Shown piece by piece: positions 42,491 through 57,762 of a stretch of DNA of 64,000 nt. Numbering within the stretch: the stretch's first letter is position 1; every line of letters begins with the position of its first letter. Where the stretch lies: NCBI GenBank assembly GCA_964016885.1, contig OZ024752.1:3100001-3164000 (forward strand). Reading direction: 5' to 3'. A program made the translations under genes and the position numbers. Source of the DNA: Eledone cirrhosa (Eukaryota). Under the pieces are notes generated by a model, which saw only the letters and a list, made by a program, of their open reading frames with translations, ran no database searches and was not told the origin of the DNA.

Positions 42491-44540
42491 TTTTTTTTTT
42501 TTTCTAGGGCGTGTAAAATTCCCGAGATCCAAGGACGAGTTCTCTCCAGCGGTCTCTGTCCCTCATTATCGCTGCCATGTCCTGCGTCTCCAACATACGT
42601 TAGCCTTGGTCTTCCCCTTCCTGTCTGTCCATTTAGGGGATCCCACAGGAGCACTGAGTTCAATGTCAACTCTGGATGTCGGTGAGCATGTCCAGCTAAC
42701 CTCAGTCTCCTCTGTGTCATATTTGAGCAGACTTTTGGGAGGCTCCCATACAGCTCTGAGTTTTTCATCCTCAGTGTATACTGATTTATGTTTAGAGCCA
42801 TCCTCAGCATTCTCGTGTAGCACCCATCCACCATCTGAGTGAGTTTCTTGGTCAGTGTCCAAGTCTCAGACCCGTACAACAGCACAGACTCCACTACAGC
42901 AATGAAGAGGCGGATTTTCATGTCTTTACGAAGGTCCGACTTCTACACCGATCTCAAGCTGTGGCACGCCGCCCAGGCTTTGCTCTTCCTCTCAACCACA
43001 TCATCTTCCGTATTCCCAATCTTTGCCCCCAAATACAGGAAGTCCTCAACCAATTCTATCGGCTTCCCGCCTACATAATTATCCCCTCTGGCTTCTCAAC
43101 ATTCTCTACCAGATATTTTGTTTTAGTCTCATTCATTCTCAGCCCCACACTCATCGACACAGTCTCAAACTGCTGCATCAAATCCTCTCCCTCCTTCACT
43201 GTATTTGAAACCAAAACTATGTCGTCGGCGAATGCAGCATCTGCTATATGTTTTGCCTTAACTCTCCTGCTCTGAGCCAGTGTTACAGTAAAGCCAGAGT
43301 CCTGGTGTTTCTCCAGTGCAAGGCGCATACAATAGTCCACTACTATGATAAAAAAAGTTAGGGAGCCAATGTATATCCCTGGAGCACTCCTGCCAGTTTC
43401 TCTAATGACTCTGTCATCCCATCAGGTGTAATGACTTGGGGAAGATGTGGATCAACATCTCAGATATGCACCTGCCCAAGTGCTAGATTGATTTCATTCT
43501 GGTGAGGAAAAAGTGGCGGAATAGATTTCTGAACACAGAATCATACAACTATTTCCGTACACCGGGTAGTGACCACCGGCTTGTTATGGTGAGGTCTGTG
43601 TGAGCCTAAGAAAGAGCAAGGTTAGAGCCCTGGAGAGAATTCTATGACTGGGGAGATTTCAAGGAAGATGATAAGCTACAGGAGAGGTCCATAGTGGAAG
43701 TGCGGAACAGGTTCAGCTCTGTTTGGAGAGACAGAGGAGAGAGAGAGATTGGATGGACTTAGGAGAGTGTGACGAGAAGGTACGGGTATTTCACCAATGC
43801 AGTGGCGGAAGCAAGTTAGACCTGGTGCCGAGGAAAAGGATCAAAAGGAAGCACGTCAGCTCTGCAGACCCAAAAGTGTGTGCAGCCAGAGAACACCTGA
43901 AAGCTGCCAAGGACCAATTCTATGCTGATCCTACGGTGGAGAGGATGGAGACTGTGGAGGTGATGAGGTAAGAACTCTGTACTGCTTACACTGAGGCCAG
44001 AGAGGAGGCACTTATAGAGAAGATCAGAAGTGTGGAGAGAGCGGTTGACAGGTCTGGATGTAAGGAGAGCTGGATGATCATCAACGAGATCATAGTGAGG
44101 AAGAGAAGTTGTTCTAGTCAGATCTAGGGAACAGGGCCCGAGGATAGGAAGAGGAAATGGCAAGACCATTTTAGGACCCTAGTAGGAGAGCCGCCCTCCA
44201 CAGCCCAGAGCACTGGGGAGATCAGGCGGCTGTTTGAACAACTGGCTATTGAGATAGAGCCCTTCACCAGAGAGGAGCTTCAGAGAGCCAATAGGAAGAT
44301 CAAGGAGGGCAAGGCTCATGGAGAAGATGCAGTGGCATCAGAGGTGACTTTGATGATATCATCGTAGGGTTCTGTAACAAGCCACTGGGGAATCGAATTG
44401 CCTGAATCAATGGAGGATCAGTAACATCGTCCCAGTGCCAAAGAAGGGAGATCTCTCTAACACCAACAACTATAGGGGGATCTCACTGACGTCACTTGTG
44501 GCAAAGACCTTCAACAGGATGATTCTTAACAGGATCCAGC

Positions 44541-44545
<5 letters not shown>
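42490..44545 (-). mobile_element. RTE-type LINE with 5' inversion (3' part on minus to about 43440; APE end and RT start on plus 43440-44545)
   Basis: Minus: [42 protein letters not shown]-run at 42490-42503. Plus: IDFILVRKKWRN..SDHRLV, PKKGDLSNTNNYRGISLTS..NRIQP. Confidence 0.9.
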
Positions 44546-44610
<65 letters not shown>

Positions 44611-44674
44611 CTATCTCTCTCTCTCTATATATATATATATATTATCTATACACACACACATATAGATATATAGA

Positions 44675-44707
<33 letters not shown>

Positions 44708-44743
44708 TTCTATATCTTATATATATATATATATATATATATA

Positions 44744-45408
44744 TTTCGTTTCTGAATTTGCTTAGCAAGATTCTTTATCTGAAATCGTGTGTTGAAACCG
44801 ATATTGTTATACTTTGGGAGGGTCATGTTGCCAATAAGAAACACACGCACCAGCTACTTTCACTTCAATTTATTATATATTTATAAATTTATAAATTTAC
44901 AAATCTACAAACTTATAAATTTCTGGTTGGTTGGTTGGTTCCACAACCAGATAGTTGTTTATATATAGTCATAGTCCTTTCGTCACACACTCTGTGACCT
45001 CTTCACACACACACACACATAGAACAAACAACCAACCAACAACATGTAAATAAATAAACAAATAGATAAATGAACACAAACACACACAGACACCCGGATG
45101 TGGCGCATGCGCAAACTGAGAACACAACACACACACAGAAAAAAAATGGCGTAGGACAGAAGAAAGGAAAGGCACAGAAACAAAGAAAGGAATCCCCAGT
45201 CACTGAAGAGGTCACAGAGTGTGTGACGAAAGGACTATGACTATATATAAACAACTATCTGGTTGTGGAACCAACCAACCAACCAGAAATTTATAAGTTT
45301 GTAGATTTGTAAATTTATAAATTTATAAATATATAATAAATTGAAGTGAAAAGAACTGGTGCGTGTGTTTCTTATTGGCAACATGACCCTCCCAAAGTAT
45401 AACAATAT
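44744..45408 (-). mobile_element. Fold-back family A element: 205-bp arms, about 200-nt spacer, tail on the left, in (TA)n
   Basis: 44801-45005 is inverted to 45204-45408; tail 44744-44800. Confidence 0.9.
45198..45242 (+). ncRNA. Minimal type I hammerhead motif, family A
   Basis: AGTCA-CTGAAGA-G-GTCACA..TGTGAC-GAAA-gga-CTA-TGACT. Confidence 0.75.
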
Positions 45409-45971
45409 ATATATATATATGCAGAAGATATATTTAATTTGTTGGGATTCAACAAGCTTAAAAATGTTATATATATATATATATATATATATGTATTATA
45501 ATATAACAGGAGGCTAGACTGGTGTCATTCCTTAATTATTTTGTGTGACCGGGTTCTGTATGAATACAGTGACATCATCAGGTATTCGAAATTTAACAAA
45601 GGAATATAATAGACAAAATCCATGGTGCTGAAAAACAGAGACAGGAAGGCGGCCGAATATTTAGCAGCTTCTAGCCCGGTCGGTGAAATCTATTCCCAAC
45701 ATATTTTCTCCACAGCCTCCCAAATATTGCAGATCCTGAATCAGCAGCAATTAATAACATTAACAACATTTACGTATGATCATTACATTGACCCTCTACG
45801 CCCACTATACTGGCCTTCCACTCCCTATTTTTGTTTTATTTTCGATAATTCTCACGTTATCTTAAAATTCCCTATTCACGTTAGCACAGCAAAACTTTAC
45901 TACTGTATAATCGAACCCGCTCTGTGGATATATATCCTCGTGGATATAATAACATTTGAATCCCATTATCG

Positions 45972-46123
45972 CTATGCTTTCTAGCATAGTTACGTCCCTT
46001 TACAGTCTGAGTTCAAATTCCGCCGAGCTTAACTTTGCCTTTCATCCTTATGGGGTCGATACAATAAAGTACCAGTAATGTACTGGTTAATTGCTGGTCT
46101 TGTTCCTAAAGTAGAAACAATTA
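45972..46123 (+). mobile_element. tRNA-derived SINE (major family); partial second copy at about 46225-46300
   Basis: B-box and conserved body. Confidence 0.8.
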
Positions 46124-47949
46124 TCGCTTTAAATAAGAAAACAACACATTCGACAGTGCAGCCCTGCCTTTCTGTAAGATGAAAGGATTGTAATGATTAT
46201 TGTGCATTATATTTTACATGTTAATGTGGCATTGAGCTAAGTCCCTTTACGTTCTCAGTTCAAATCCTCTCTAGGTCGATAAAATAAAACACCAGTAAAT
46301 ATATTGTAGTGAAGATTCTAGTTTTGTGAAGTCGAGTCCACCGTCCGATAAACGAGGTACCATAAAGAAAGTAATATTTTCTATATATGCATCAATAACA
46401 TATGAATGAAGCCCTACGTCTATAGGTCGGTGATCAATGCTATTCCAACTATCATAGTACCATTCTACACTTTGAAAGAACACCTGGTGTAACTTAAAAG
46501 ACATTCAGCTACAGTTATTCGTAGATTGAGGGACTGTGGATAGTCTCTTTCATGTTCAGTTATGATTGCGTTATAATTAACTTATTTCTACCAAGGGAAT
46601 GTTTTAACAAGGTTTATAACTGAAGTTCATGAAACTCTCTATCCATGGCTTGATATATGGGACTATATAAATGTAAGAAATATACTTTATCACATTTGTA
46701 GGATATATTTAAATGATATATAATTGATATCACAAAACCAATGTAGCCAAAATCCTATTTTGACCTTTCAAAACTTCATTTGTAAAGGAGCTCTTGCACA
46801 TTTAACACAATTAGTCTAACGGTTATAACTAGCAACTCTGTTCAGCTATAGTAACTTATGAAAAGTTCACAAAAATTGAATTAACCATTCTTTATAGATA
46901 AAATGAAATTGAAGTTATTTATATAACTGTTAGTTTTAATATAAAAGTATAGACACAAATATAATTCAATGTATTTCATTAAAACTTTTGTTTCCTAATG
47001 AAAATTGTATTAATTTATGTAGAGTTCTGTAATTTGTCGAAAGGTCATTCACATGAAAACCAATATTTAAATGCATGCATTCTGAGATCATTAAAAAAAT
47101 CAGTTTTGCAACATTACTCTGAGAAAACTGATGAATGGCAGATATAATAATGTTGTTCTAAACCGTTTGAAGCTACCAACTTGAAAGAATCAGTGTGGCC
47201 TGTAGTTTAACTTTTGCTGTTTCTGGTTGAATGCTAAAAGTGTGACTTCTATTCACTCCAGCTCGCCTGTGGGTTGATACAATTGTTTCTCTGACAAAAG
47301 CCTGTGGTTATTGATGAAATTATATTCTATTCATTACAGTTATGGTTATTGATATCATTCTGAAAGTTTTACAAATTCTTTTCACATGAGATTGTTTAGT
47401 TCCAACTGACTCCTTGGCTTTAGTTGAAATATGATTTCGGAATAAATCAATGAAAGTTGCTTGGAATTATTTGGCTGATTCATATTTTGAAGAAAAATCG
47501 TTACCCGAAATTTGGCTGTAACAAAGCTCACTGTTATGGTAGTATAATTGGAAGATTCATGGAGATTGGTGTTTTGTAATTCGAACAAGTATTTGAATTT
47601 ATAGATACAACTGGAGGTTCTTCTCTCTAGTATCCGAGATAGACTGTAGCATATAAGCATGGCAAGTTCTATCGCTTTTCAATTTATATACATTTATTAG
47701 TAGAATGCAGCTCGATACGACAGGACGGAAATTTAAATCAATATTTTACAATCTTTCTCTCATTTTTCATGTTATACATACAATAAAATTCTATCTAAAG
47801 GCAAATTCAGTTTTTGAAAATGTAATAATTGGCAGATTTAAGTAGTTGTGTCTAAACACAATTATTTCTTTACGATAGATGTCATACACTTTGATATATT
47901 AGTAATATTAGTGATATTAAGAACTCAGTATTTGTAATATAGATATAGT

Positions 47950-48120
47950 TGCGGACAAAATGCTATGCATTATTTCTTTTTTTCCGTCTAGGTTAGTTTA
48001 CATTTCATTCTTACCTGGTCGACAAAATAAAGTACTAGTAAAAAAGTACACATGGATTGATTTAAGCGACTTTACCCTCCCCTTCAAATTGCTGGTCTTG
48101 TTCTTAAAGTAGAAACAATT
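47950..48120 (+). mobile_element. Decayed SINE (major family)
   Basis: ggtcgacaaaataaagtac..aaattgctggtcttg..agtagaaac. Confidence 0.65.
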
Positions 48121-48923
48121 GTTTACGTCCTAAATTCGACTCCATTGAAGCGACTTCCAGGATAAATACAAGGAATTAATACATAGTAGATCCTTTATTG
48201 ATTGGAGGGCGGCCTGTTGGTATATCTGGTAAATTAGCCTGACATTATGTTAACCATTCATCGGTGAAATACTAACGTAATGTATTTTATTTCTTTGTGT
48301 AAATTAAAGGAAATAGCATTAATTTTTCGAAAAATATTATCACGAAAGAAAAGCAAAATCTCTCTTGCCAAGCTGGAGATTATGACAATATCGTCAACCG
48401 TACATGTGCGTAACCTTAGAGACCAGTTTATCACATTTTCTTATATATTTTCCAAACGAAATTCAGTTTAATTGATTTCATGTTTATCTTAACAAACATA
48501 TTTAGATTAAGAACTTTGTCCGGAATATTGAGAGATTGTATTGAGTATATTTGCCATTTATAGCTTAATTAAAGTGAAACGACACTTATTCCTACATTAT
48601 CAATTAAGTCTTAATTGTTTTATGAAATCGTAAAAAATTACCATTCCCTTATTAGTAACATTTGTATACAAAATATTAAACTTTTTGCAGAATGTGTTCA
48701 ATCGCTGGCGATATTTAATTTATATTTCAAATTTTCAGATTCTAGGTTGGATAAAATGAACGTATATCCGCTAGTGGTCCCCGTATAACTGACACAGTTG
48801 CTGGATCTAACATGCTATTAATTCCCTCAAATACTAGACTAAATACTTCAAAACAGAAAACAAAGCCATATAGCCTTATACACAGGAAACACACACACAC
48901 AAAGACACGCACACACACACATA

Positions 48924-49058
<135 letters not shown>

Positions 49059-50123
49059 GTATACATACATATACATATATACATACATACATACATACAT
49101 ATACATACATATATACATACATACATATATGTACCTACATATACACACATACATACGTAAACATATCTATGTATGTGTGCATGTGTGCGTGAGTGTGTAT
49201 ATCACACGGTCAGGAGTCAAACACATTTGAACATAGGTCTATCGAATCCTGATTGACCGAGGGAGTAATCAAACTAGTGACAACAATAGGAACAACTACG
49301 AGCCACAGGATATAATAAGATATTATTATTAATTTTTATAGAAGTCTGATTTCTGCATAATAACAGAATTTCTGCCAGAAATATGTAATCAGATATTTTA
49401 TAAGTTGGTAAACATGCATCTGCAAATATTTAGTATTTGCGCCCTTCATATAATGGATATAAAACATCATAATTTTACGACTGAAAGAATGATGACTTGC
49501 TTTTATTTCTCTCAATCGCAGTAACACAAGGTTTGAAATTTTCCATGTGTACATTACAACGATTGAGTATTTACCGCATTCTCTTGTTGATGTATTAGGA
49601 TTTCTTTGCATTTTTGTTTTTGCCATTTTTATGCTCATTTTGTTGTTGTTCTTGTCATTGATGCTCTTGCTTGATGTTTATTGTTGTAATTCACGAATTG
49701 TCTTATACTATTTCCTTTTACAATGAATAATAAATAACAAAAAGATAATGCTATTATTTCTCCAGCAGTGGAAATGAAGACAACTGACAATAATAATAAA
49801 AGGTGAAACAAAATATTTATCATATAAAATAAACAACGAAACAAAAAAAAAAGAACAACGACAACAATGAAAGATTGCTTAAAAAAGAAAACAATTATTC
49901 TTAGTGGACCCCACTCCCCATAGTTAGCGCATAAATCATCACTGCTGGCCTGAGAGTCTTCACACAGATCAATATCCAGTATTGAAACATCAATCAACGC
50001 TGCAAATATAACTCTTGGGGCCTTCTTATATCAGTAAAACATTTTCTTCTTTCAAGAAAGGAAAACAGAAAGATGCATAATTTAATATATCATATCTTTG
50101 TCTGTCTTTGTAGCACTGCCCAA

Positions 50124-50215
<92 letters not shown>

Positions 50216-51357
50216 GACACACACACATACATACATACACACACACACAATTACACACACTCATACACACAACTATACCCATACGCACACATCACTATAT
50301 ATACTCATAGGTAGAGATGAGATGAGAAAGAAATAGACGTTAGATAATTTAGTATATAACTAGTTATAGCAGCTGGAACCACAAGTAGATTGGGATCCGC
50401 TATGTGGTGAATCAACTTCCTAGATATGGAAGCCACATGTTACAGATTGTTAACATCTCTGCCTTCCAAAGTGAATACCGCTTTAACATATGTAGCCTTG
50501 TATATAACCCAAATTACATCATGTTTAATGTTGTATATCGTCCTATCGTAGGCAAATTCTTATGGCTTAATATGTGCATCACAAAGGCAAATCTCAATTC
50601 AGGAGCGTAATAGAAAAATACTTTGTATGCTGGTTAACGCATTTCGTAGATTTGATAACTTTGCAAGTTTTTTTGTATTCCTAAAGTAAGATACATTATT
50701 TCGGGTAGGATCTATCAACATTTTGGCTTATACTATTCGTGTTGGTTAGACGAACGTAAGTAATATTTAAGCCAATTTAAATCTCATTCAATAGTATTGA
50801 CCAGTATTTCTGAATTTCAATCTTACTGAGTGGGGATCATGGACAGCAGTTGCTAAATGTTTTGTTGGATTATACGTTTGTGGTGGTACGAAACACTCAG
50901 TAGAGCTGGACAGCAGGCTTTCAGAGGATAAACCCACCCCAAACATGTTTTACGGCGATTAACTTCTTAAACACTAAGAGGGCCGGGTCACATCGAAGTC
51001 ATGACTCCTGCATGCCCTTCTGTGAATATGATTAGCGGAAATAGTGAATGATAGGATTCTAAGACATAAAATGTATTTACAAGAAAGCTGGATCCTCGGA
51101 GATAGCTACTAGGTGTTTCATGATGTTGGGTTCAACTGACGAAAACAGAAATAACAAAAATCATTGAATATAATGTTCTTGAATATGAACCCCTACGAAT
51201 GGGTTCGCATGTATGTATCAATGTATATATGCGTGTATGTATGTGTCTTTCTGTGTGAGATGTATATATTTATGTATATATTTTGTGTATGTATATATGT
51301 ATGTAAGAATGTGTGTATGTTTATATGACGGTATGACTCTAAATCTTAATGTATATA

Positions 51358-51950
51358 TAACTGGCCAACTTGCCAGGATGAAGGATTCTAGGATTATAAG
51401 TTAAAGGAAAACGACTCCACATAAACCAAAAAATAGGTATAAGGATTCGTTGAAAGGCTCCTTGAAAGACGCTAACATCTATATTGATACATCGGAAAGC
51501 GTAGCTGGTGATCGTGATCAATGGAGAAAGACTGTACATGAGTGGAAAGTTGCTTTTGGAGCATCTGGAATTACATAAAAGAAAGTAAAAAGGGATGTCA
51601 GGTAAGGCATTGCTGTTACATTTCCAGACAGCAAAGCTCTTCATATGGCACTGATATGCAGCGTCTATGCGAGACTCTGCTTCAGCAAAGCTGGACTCAA
51701 AAGTCATCTTCGCAGTCATACACTGACATCAGTGGTTCATTATCAGGCTGCTGTTGGTGTTACTGAGCATACCTCTCAAGCATGTGGAAAAATTGTAGAT
51801 GGGCAGAAGGGCTCAAACGACATGCAAAAGTACATGAAGACCTGCACAGCCGGCTATTGCCAATGAATGTTTTTATCATGGTTGCCAACTCTGTGCCAAA
51901 TATTTCAGAACATTGGCTGGGCTAATAATCGACATTCGATCGCAGCACTG
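51358..51950 (+). mobile_element. RTE (BovB-like) LINE 3' end with terminal zinc-finger remnant
   Basis: GQLARMKDSRI, RYKDSLK, DRDQWRK, RLCFSKAGLKSHLRSH across frameshifts. Confidence 0.75.
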
Positions 51951-53138
51951 ATAATTATTAATACATGTGAGGTTGTATTTTCTTGTTGTTGTTTTTTTTT
52001 ATCGTGAAATAGCCATACTCGAGAACGAGGGGGCAGCCATCATGTATGTATGTATATAATATATGTATGTATGTATGAATATATGTATGTAAATATACGT
52101 GTATGTATGTAAGTATATATTTATATATGTATTTATGTATGCTTGTATATATGTATATATTTATATGTATGTAAATATATGTATATATATATGAATGCAA
52201 GTATATATGGATGTAAGTATCTAAGTATGCATGTATCTGTATATGTATGGGATGTGTATATTTTGCATGTATTTATATATGCTTGCGACCTTAAAGCGAA
52301 ATTCCTATGATTGGAAATACTTGAAACTAAATTGTTTTTCGAAGATTGAGATAAAAACGAAGCTTATTTCTGAAGTTTATCTGCTTTATGATTTATCTAA
52401 CCACAGTGCTTTGCTTTTATATATTTCCGATTGTCAGCTTTTCCTATGGAGTGCATAATGAAATCAAACTGCTCAGCTCAAACCATCTTATCTTGGTTCA
52501 CACACCTGCATATATCTATCTCGTTATATTTAATTTAATTTACGCACATATATATAACTAGATACACACGTATTTGATAGATATAGATTGAGAAGCTTTC
52601 ATAGACATACACAAAAACTGTCATAAACTTGTTTTTGTCACTCAGTAATTTCGATTGGAGTGCGTCAAATAGAATCTCACAAAATGTCCTTGATGCAACT
52701 GAAATCGTTATTCCCCACTTTCACACTAACATTTCATTTTCTCTCTTCGGCTCTTTCTTTCTTTCACTATTTTTCTGTTTATCAGAGTCATATATATATA
52801 TATATATATATATATATGACGATAGTTATGAAAATTATTTGTCTCCTGTACTCAGTTGGTATCTTACATATCGACTTCGAAAGAATGTAAACCTATATTT
52901 ACTTCAGCGTGATTCGAAACCGAAGGAATGGAATCGGCAAAATACCAACTTCGTCGGTTTAAACTATAATATATCAATATATGTAAATACTATACATTCA
53001 CGTTTGTATATATAAACATGTGTGTGTGAGTGTGAATATGTTTGTACGCATATTGAAGTATATGCATGCATATATTTGCAAAAACAAATACAAACATACA
53101 GACACACACATATATAAATTTAAATTTATATCTACATA

Positions 53139-53202
<64 letters not shown>

Positions 53203-53292
53203 TATACATATATATGTATTTATATATATATATATATATGTGTGTGTCTATGTATATATTAATATATATATATATATATATACATATATATG

Positions 53293-53381
<89 letters not shown>

Positions 53382-53411
53382 ATGAATATATTAATATATA
53401 TATATATATAG

Positions 53412-53443
<32 letters not shown>

Positions 53444-53452
53444 ATGAATATA

Positions 53453-53494
<42 letters not shown>

Positions 53495-54119
53495 TATATA
53501 TATATATATATATATATGGAAACAAACACGTGCACACAATTTATTTTCTATTAGGTATACTTACATACAAAGATGAATATAGAGACATTCTGAAACACTG
53601 CATCTTATAAATGATTGTTGCTACATTCAATATCGATCGCATTGGCGCCAATACATCCTGAACATTAGCGGAAATTAACCAATGGACTCTTGCGGCTTTT
53701 AAAATAAGTAACTTTACAATCCAATTGAATATAGCGAGGAAGAATCGGGAAATAAATCAGCAACAACACCACCAACAAAGGAAAACTCCTTCAGACATAA
53801 TCATCCTTTATTTTAAATGTGCTACTTGGACGTACTTCCTTATTCGGAGCAAGATTGTCAATGTATCACAATCGGATAGCGCTACTCTTGCTATCTTTAG
53901 ATTCTCGTATTTTCAATCATGGGAAATTTGTTTTAAAAATCATGAATTCATAAATACATACAAACGTATACATACATACATTCATTCACATATACATAAA
54001 AACATGCATTCACATTTACATACACACACACAGATATATACATATATACACGTATATACATATATGCACCCATACATGAATGCATGAATACATAAGTAAA
54101 TATATACATATATTATAAA

Positions 54120-54300
54120 CTTACACATATACATAAATACTCATACATACATAATGTATACAAATATACATAAATACACATACATAATGTATACACATAT
54201 ACATATTTATAAACATGCACATATACATAAATACTCATATATACATAATGTATACAAATATACATAAATACACATACATAATGTATACACACATGCATAC
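54120..54300. repeat. AT/CA-rich minisatellite (about 35-bp unit containing catacataatgtataca)
   Basis: Unit recurs about 4 times. Confidence 0.7.
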
Positions 54301-56191
54301 ACATATACATACATACACACATACACATAAACACACATACATGCAAGCATGCATACATATATACATGCATACATACATATATGCATTCATATATGCATAC
54401 ATACATATAGACAGATAGGCTCACACGCACATAAGATGAACACTATAATCAATACAATATTAATTTTTACAAACGTCTCTTTTCAACATTTTATTATAGA
54501 GCGATATATTTAATTTTGATTCCATATGTAAAAACGATCCTATGGAAACCATTTCAATTGTTTTAATGTTTCCTTCGCCTAGATGATCCCTAATTTAACG
54601 CTACTAATATCAATTGTGTTCATCGTATTCTATCTTGCCTTTTATGTTGCTACACATATTGTATCGAGAATTAAGTTATAAAATGAAGCCTCCTACTCTC
54701 TACTTTTAGTTTGTTTAATGCATTTTATTGTTATTTGGCTAAAAATACAGATAAATTAAATAGTATTGAGAAGGACTATAAATGCTAAAAATGAGAAGTG
54801 TGACCGAGGAATGTTAGAAAAATGAAGTAAGAAAGAAGGGGGGGGGGGGGGGTGACAGACACTACACTTAGTTTATATGCTACGCCCCATGGAGGTGACA
54901 ATTTCTGCGTAGAATAACCTGCGCCACACGTTCCAGCAACGACCCCGCCTCGTGGCTCTCCGTTATCATTGATACAGAGCAGCGTCACAGACAGACATTA
55001 TATATTCAGAAATTTCAAAAGCTTTTAAGGGAAAGTGGCATAGACCTTAATGATGAAATGAATGGTTGAAAAGTATGGGTATTACTGACAGCTCCACTAA
55101 CAAAATGATTATAGTCAATTTCTAGCAAACTCTAATCTATTTTACAAATGTTGGCACGTATCCAGTATGGATGTAGGATATATCCAAATTAATGATATAT
55201 CCAAACGTAAATATTATAGCCAAATTGATTTATACAGCGCTAATTATCGAATTTGTATAATATCTGTGGAAAGACAATACACAGATTACTAACAAGCTGG
55301 CGGAAAGTAACAATTTAGTTAAATTCCCATGGGGGACACAAATAGAGTATCAGATTTTCTGCCAGGCGTCTATGAATTTATTAATGACTATAAACTCTAC
55401 CCACTCAAAGTTGGAGAATATTTCACATTTTAGAATAAGAGAATCGCCAAAATATACCATCCATTCAAATATATTTCAACGTTAAATATATTCACCTGCA
55501 ACTATCTGATCTACAAACAAAACATAAGTATAAACATTATCAACTATCGAGGAGTTTCTTAACGAATCTCCTATCACGTGTATAGTTACGTAGCCATCTG
55601 AAATGATTTCGATCTCATGAAAAGCTACTTATACCTTAACAGTAATAAAATATTACAACTGACACTTGAGCTCTTTATTTACATTTACAAATAATTATAT
55701 CCTAATGTTCGAAACAAAAAATAACATCAACAACAAACAAACAACCACATCAAGAAACCCCCGTTCACCCCCCAAAAAATAAAAGAAACATTGAATAATT
55801 AAATAAAAGCAAAGATATAATTAATTAAATTGTCATATTGGCAACACATAATACATTTGAAGAGAAGTAATCTTGTTATTGGGAATATAAACGATATTTT
55901 ATATATATACTCATTTCACCTACAGCAACCCCAACAGGATTTGAACATATGAAACCGACTACAGAATCTGAGTACTACAAGGATTTTATAGCACTCAGAT
56001 TTCACTACTTGTATTTCACTGGAACTTTATTTTTTGTTCACCCCAAGTTAAATCTGGTCCAGAAGACCTAGGATCAAATGCAGTTTATCCGTGATTAACT
56101 CGGCTTTTCCGTCATATATTATGTGTTTGTTAAAGATAGATTATGATTTAAGAGGGATTCGGCTGCTATTTCTAGAGGATCAATGTGCTAT

Positions 56192-56376
56192 CAGGCTCGC
56201 CAAACCCCAAAAACCCAAACGCGGCGTACTGTGAAAAAGGGTGCCCGAAAACGGGGAGGAATAAGCCAAAATAATACATAATGAAAACTATACCGATTTT
56301 CACAATAAAAGACATCTTTCACCCAAAAGTTAGAGAGAGAGGTCACCCCGTCGATCGGGGAGAGTTGATAGGTCTG
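56192..56376 (-). mobile_element. MITE (CAGACCTGCCAA-type TIRs), older copy
   Basis: caggctcgccaa...ttgataggtctg; flanks tgctat/tcctac. Confidence 0.65.
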
Positions 56377-57591
56377 TCCTACGTAGAAGCTATATTATTG
56401 TCTCATTGCATTAGGTTTTATTTTCAGCATGTTACTAACAAATGATACTAGTTAAAAACGAACTTTATACATTGTCGTATCTATGCAGAAAGAGTTAATA
56501 TGAAGTAAGTATGAAGTAGTCAATAGCCAGCAACAGTGGGCATCTCTAGAAAAGAAACTGAAAGTACGTGATGTTTGTAGATGTACTTTACATCAAATAT
56601 GCCAAATCAATATTTTAACATACTACTTGAAAATATTTCACCAATCTCTCTCAATACCTCACTATTTCTCTCTCTCTCTCTTACACACACAATCTCTCTT
56701 TCCTTCTTACTCTCTCACACGCTCTCTCACTGTTTTGATCTCTCGACGTGGACGGAAAGAAACGTTAGACGTTTCTTCTTATTGGAGAGAAACCAATTCA
56801 TTCAAGTTTGCGTAAGTTTGTCTAATCTATGACCTTATCTTATAAACAACCAGAAAACAATGATGTTGAAAGTATTACTACTGTTATTAATACTGCTGGC
56901 GTTGTTCGTTATGCCATTGATGGGTTTCTTGTTGATGATAAGGCTGACGACGATGATAACGATAATAATAATAATGAGGACATTGATAAATAGGAATATG
57001 TGGAGGTCGCGACCATAATTGCAATGTTAAATCATAATATGTGTGAATAAAATGAGGATAGAAAAATAATGTAAATATGACGGTAGTGTAGGATGGATGA
57101 AGTTGCTGGTGACATTGATAATATTGGTAGTGATGATGACATTTTTGATGACGATGTTTAGCAGGAATAGAGGTAGGAATAAGCCGATGCAGAGAATGCA
57201 GAGAAAATATTTATATAATTTCTCATTTTACTTTTCTAATTGAAATCTGATTTTTTCTAAATCTGCTATCCTTGATATTTCTATAAAATCAAAAATTTTT
57301 ACGTAGAGATTGTAGTCGTCCACATTCATTATTTTCGCCAAGAATTACAATTAACATTTCATTCTTATTCCATTAGCATCGGAAAAATAGAATTCACGAC
57401 GAAAGACAGATATTGGAAACAATGCAACAAGTGTATTTACTCCTAATTTTGTTTAATTCCTTCCATAATATCTGTTTATCCAATAATGATAACCTGCGAC
57501 AAAGCCACTCTATTTCCCCACTAAGTTTCTCCCATTAACCTCATTTCCATGCAGTGGAAATTTTCATTCATCTTTTTTGTATATGATATAG

Positions 57592-57762
57592 GAGACGTGT
57601 CAACTCTTCCCGTCAGATGGGGAGATCTGCCACCAACTTTGTTTTGTGAAAATTGGTATAGCTTTCATTATGTAAAATCTTCCTATTTTGCTTCATTCTC
57701 CCCATTTGGCGGCACTTCTTTTATGATACTCCCCGTCTGAATTTCTAGAGGTTGACAGATCC
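57592..57762 (+). mobile_element. MITE, same family, decayed
   Basis: gagacgtgtcaac..gatggggagatc..atagctttcattatgtaaaatct..gttgacagatccg. Confidence 0.65.

Noticed and set aside
53200-54300. Short regularly recurring units resembling a CRISPR array
   Set aside because: Low-complexity compound micro/minisatellites with no unique spacers and no cas genes, in eukaryotic context.
54838-55005. G-run plus GC-rich segment ending acagacagacattatatat, a possible Helitron-like end
   Set aside because: Single copy in the window with no diagnostic paired termini.
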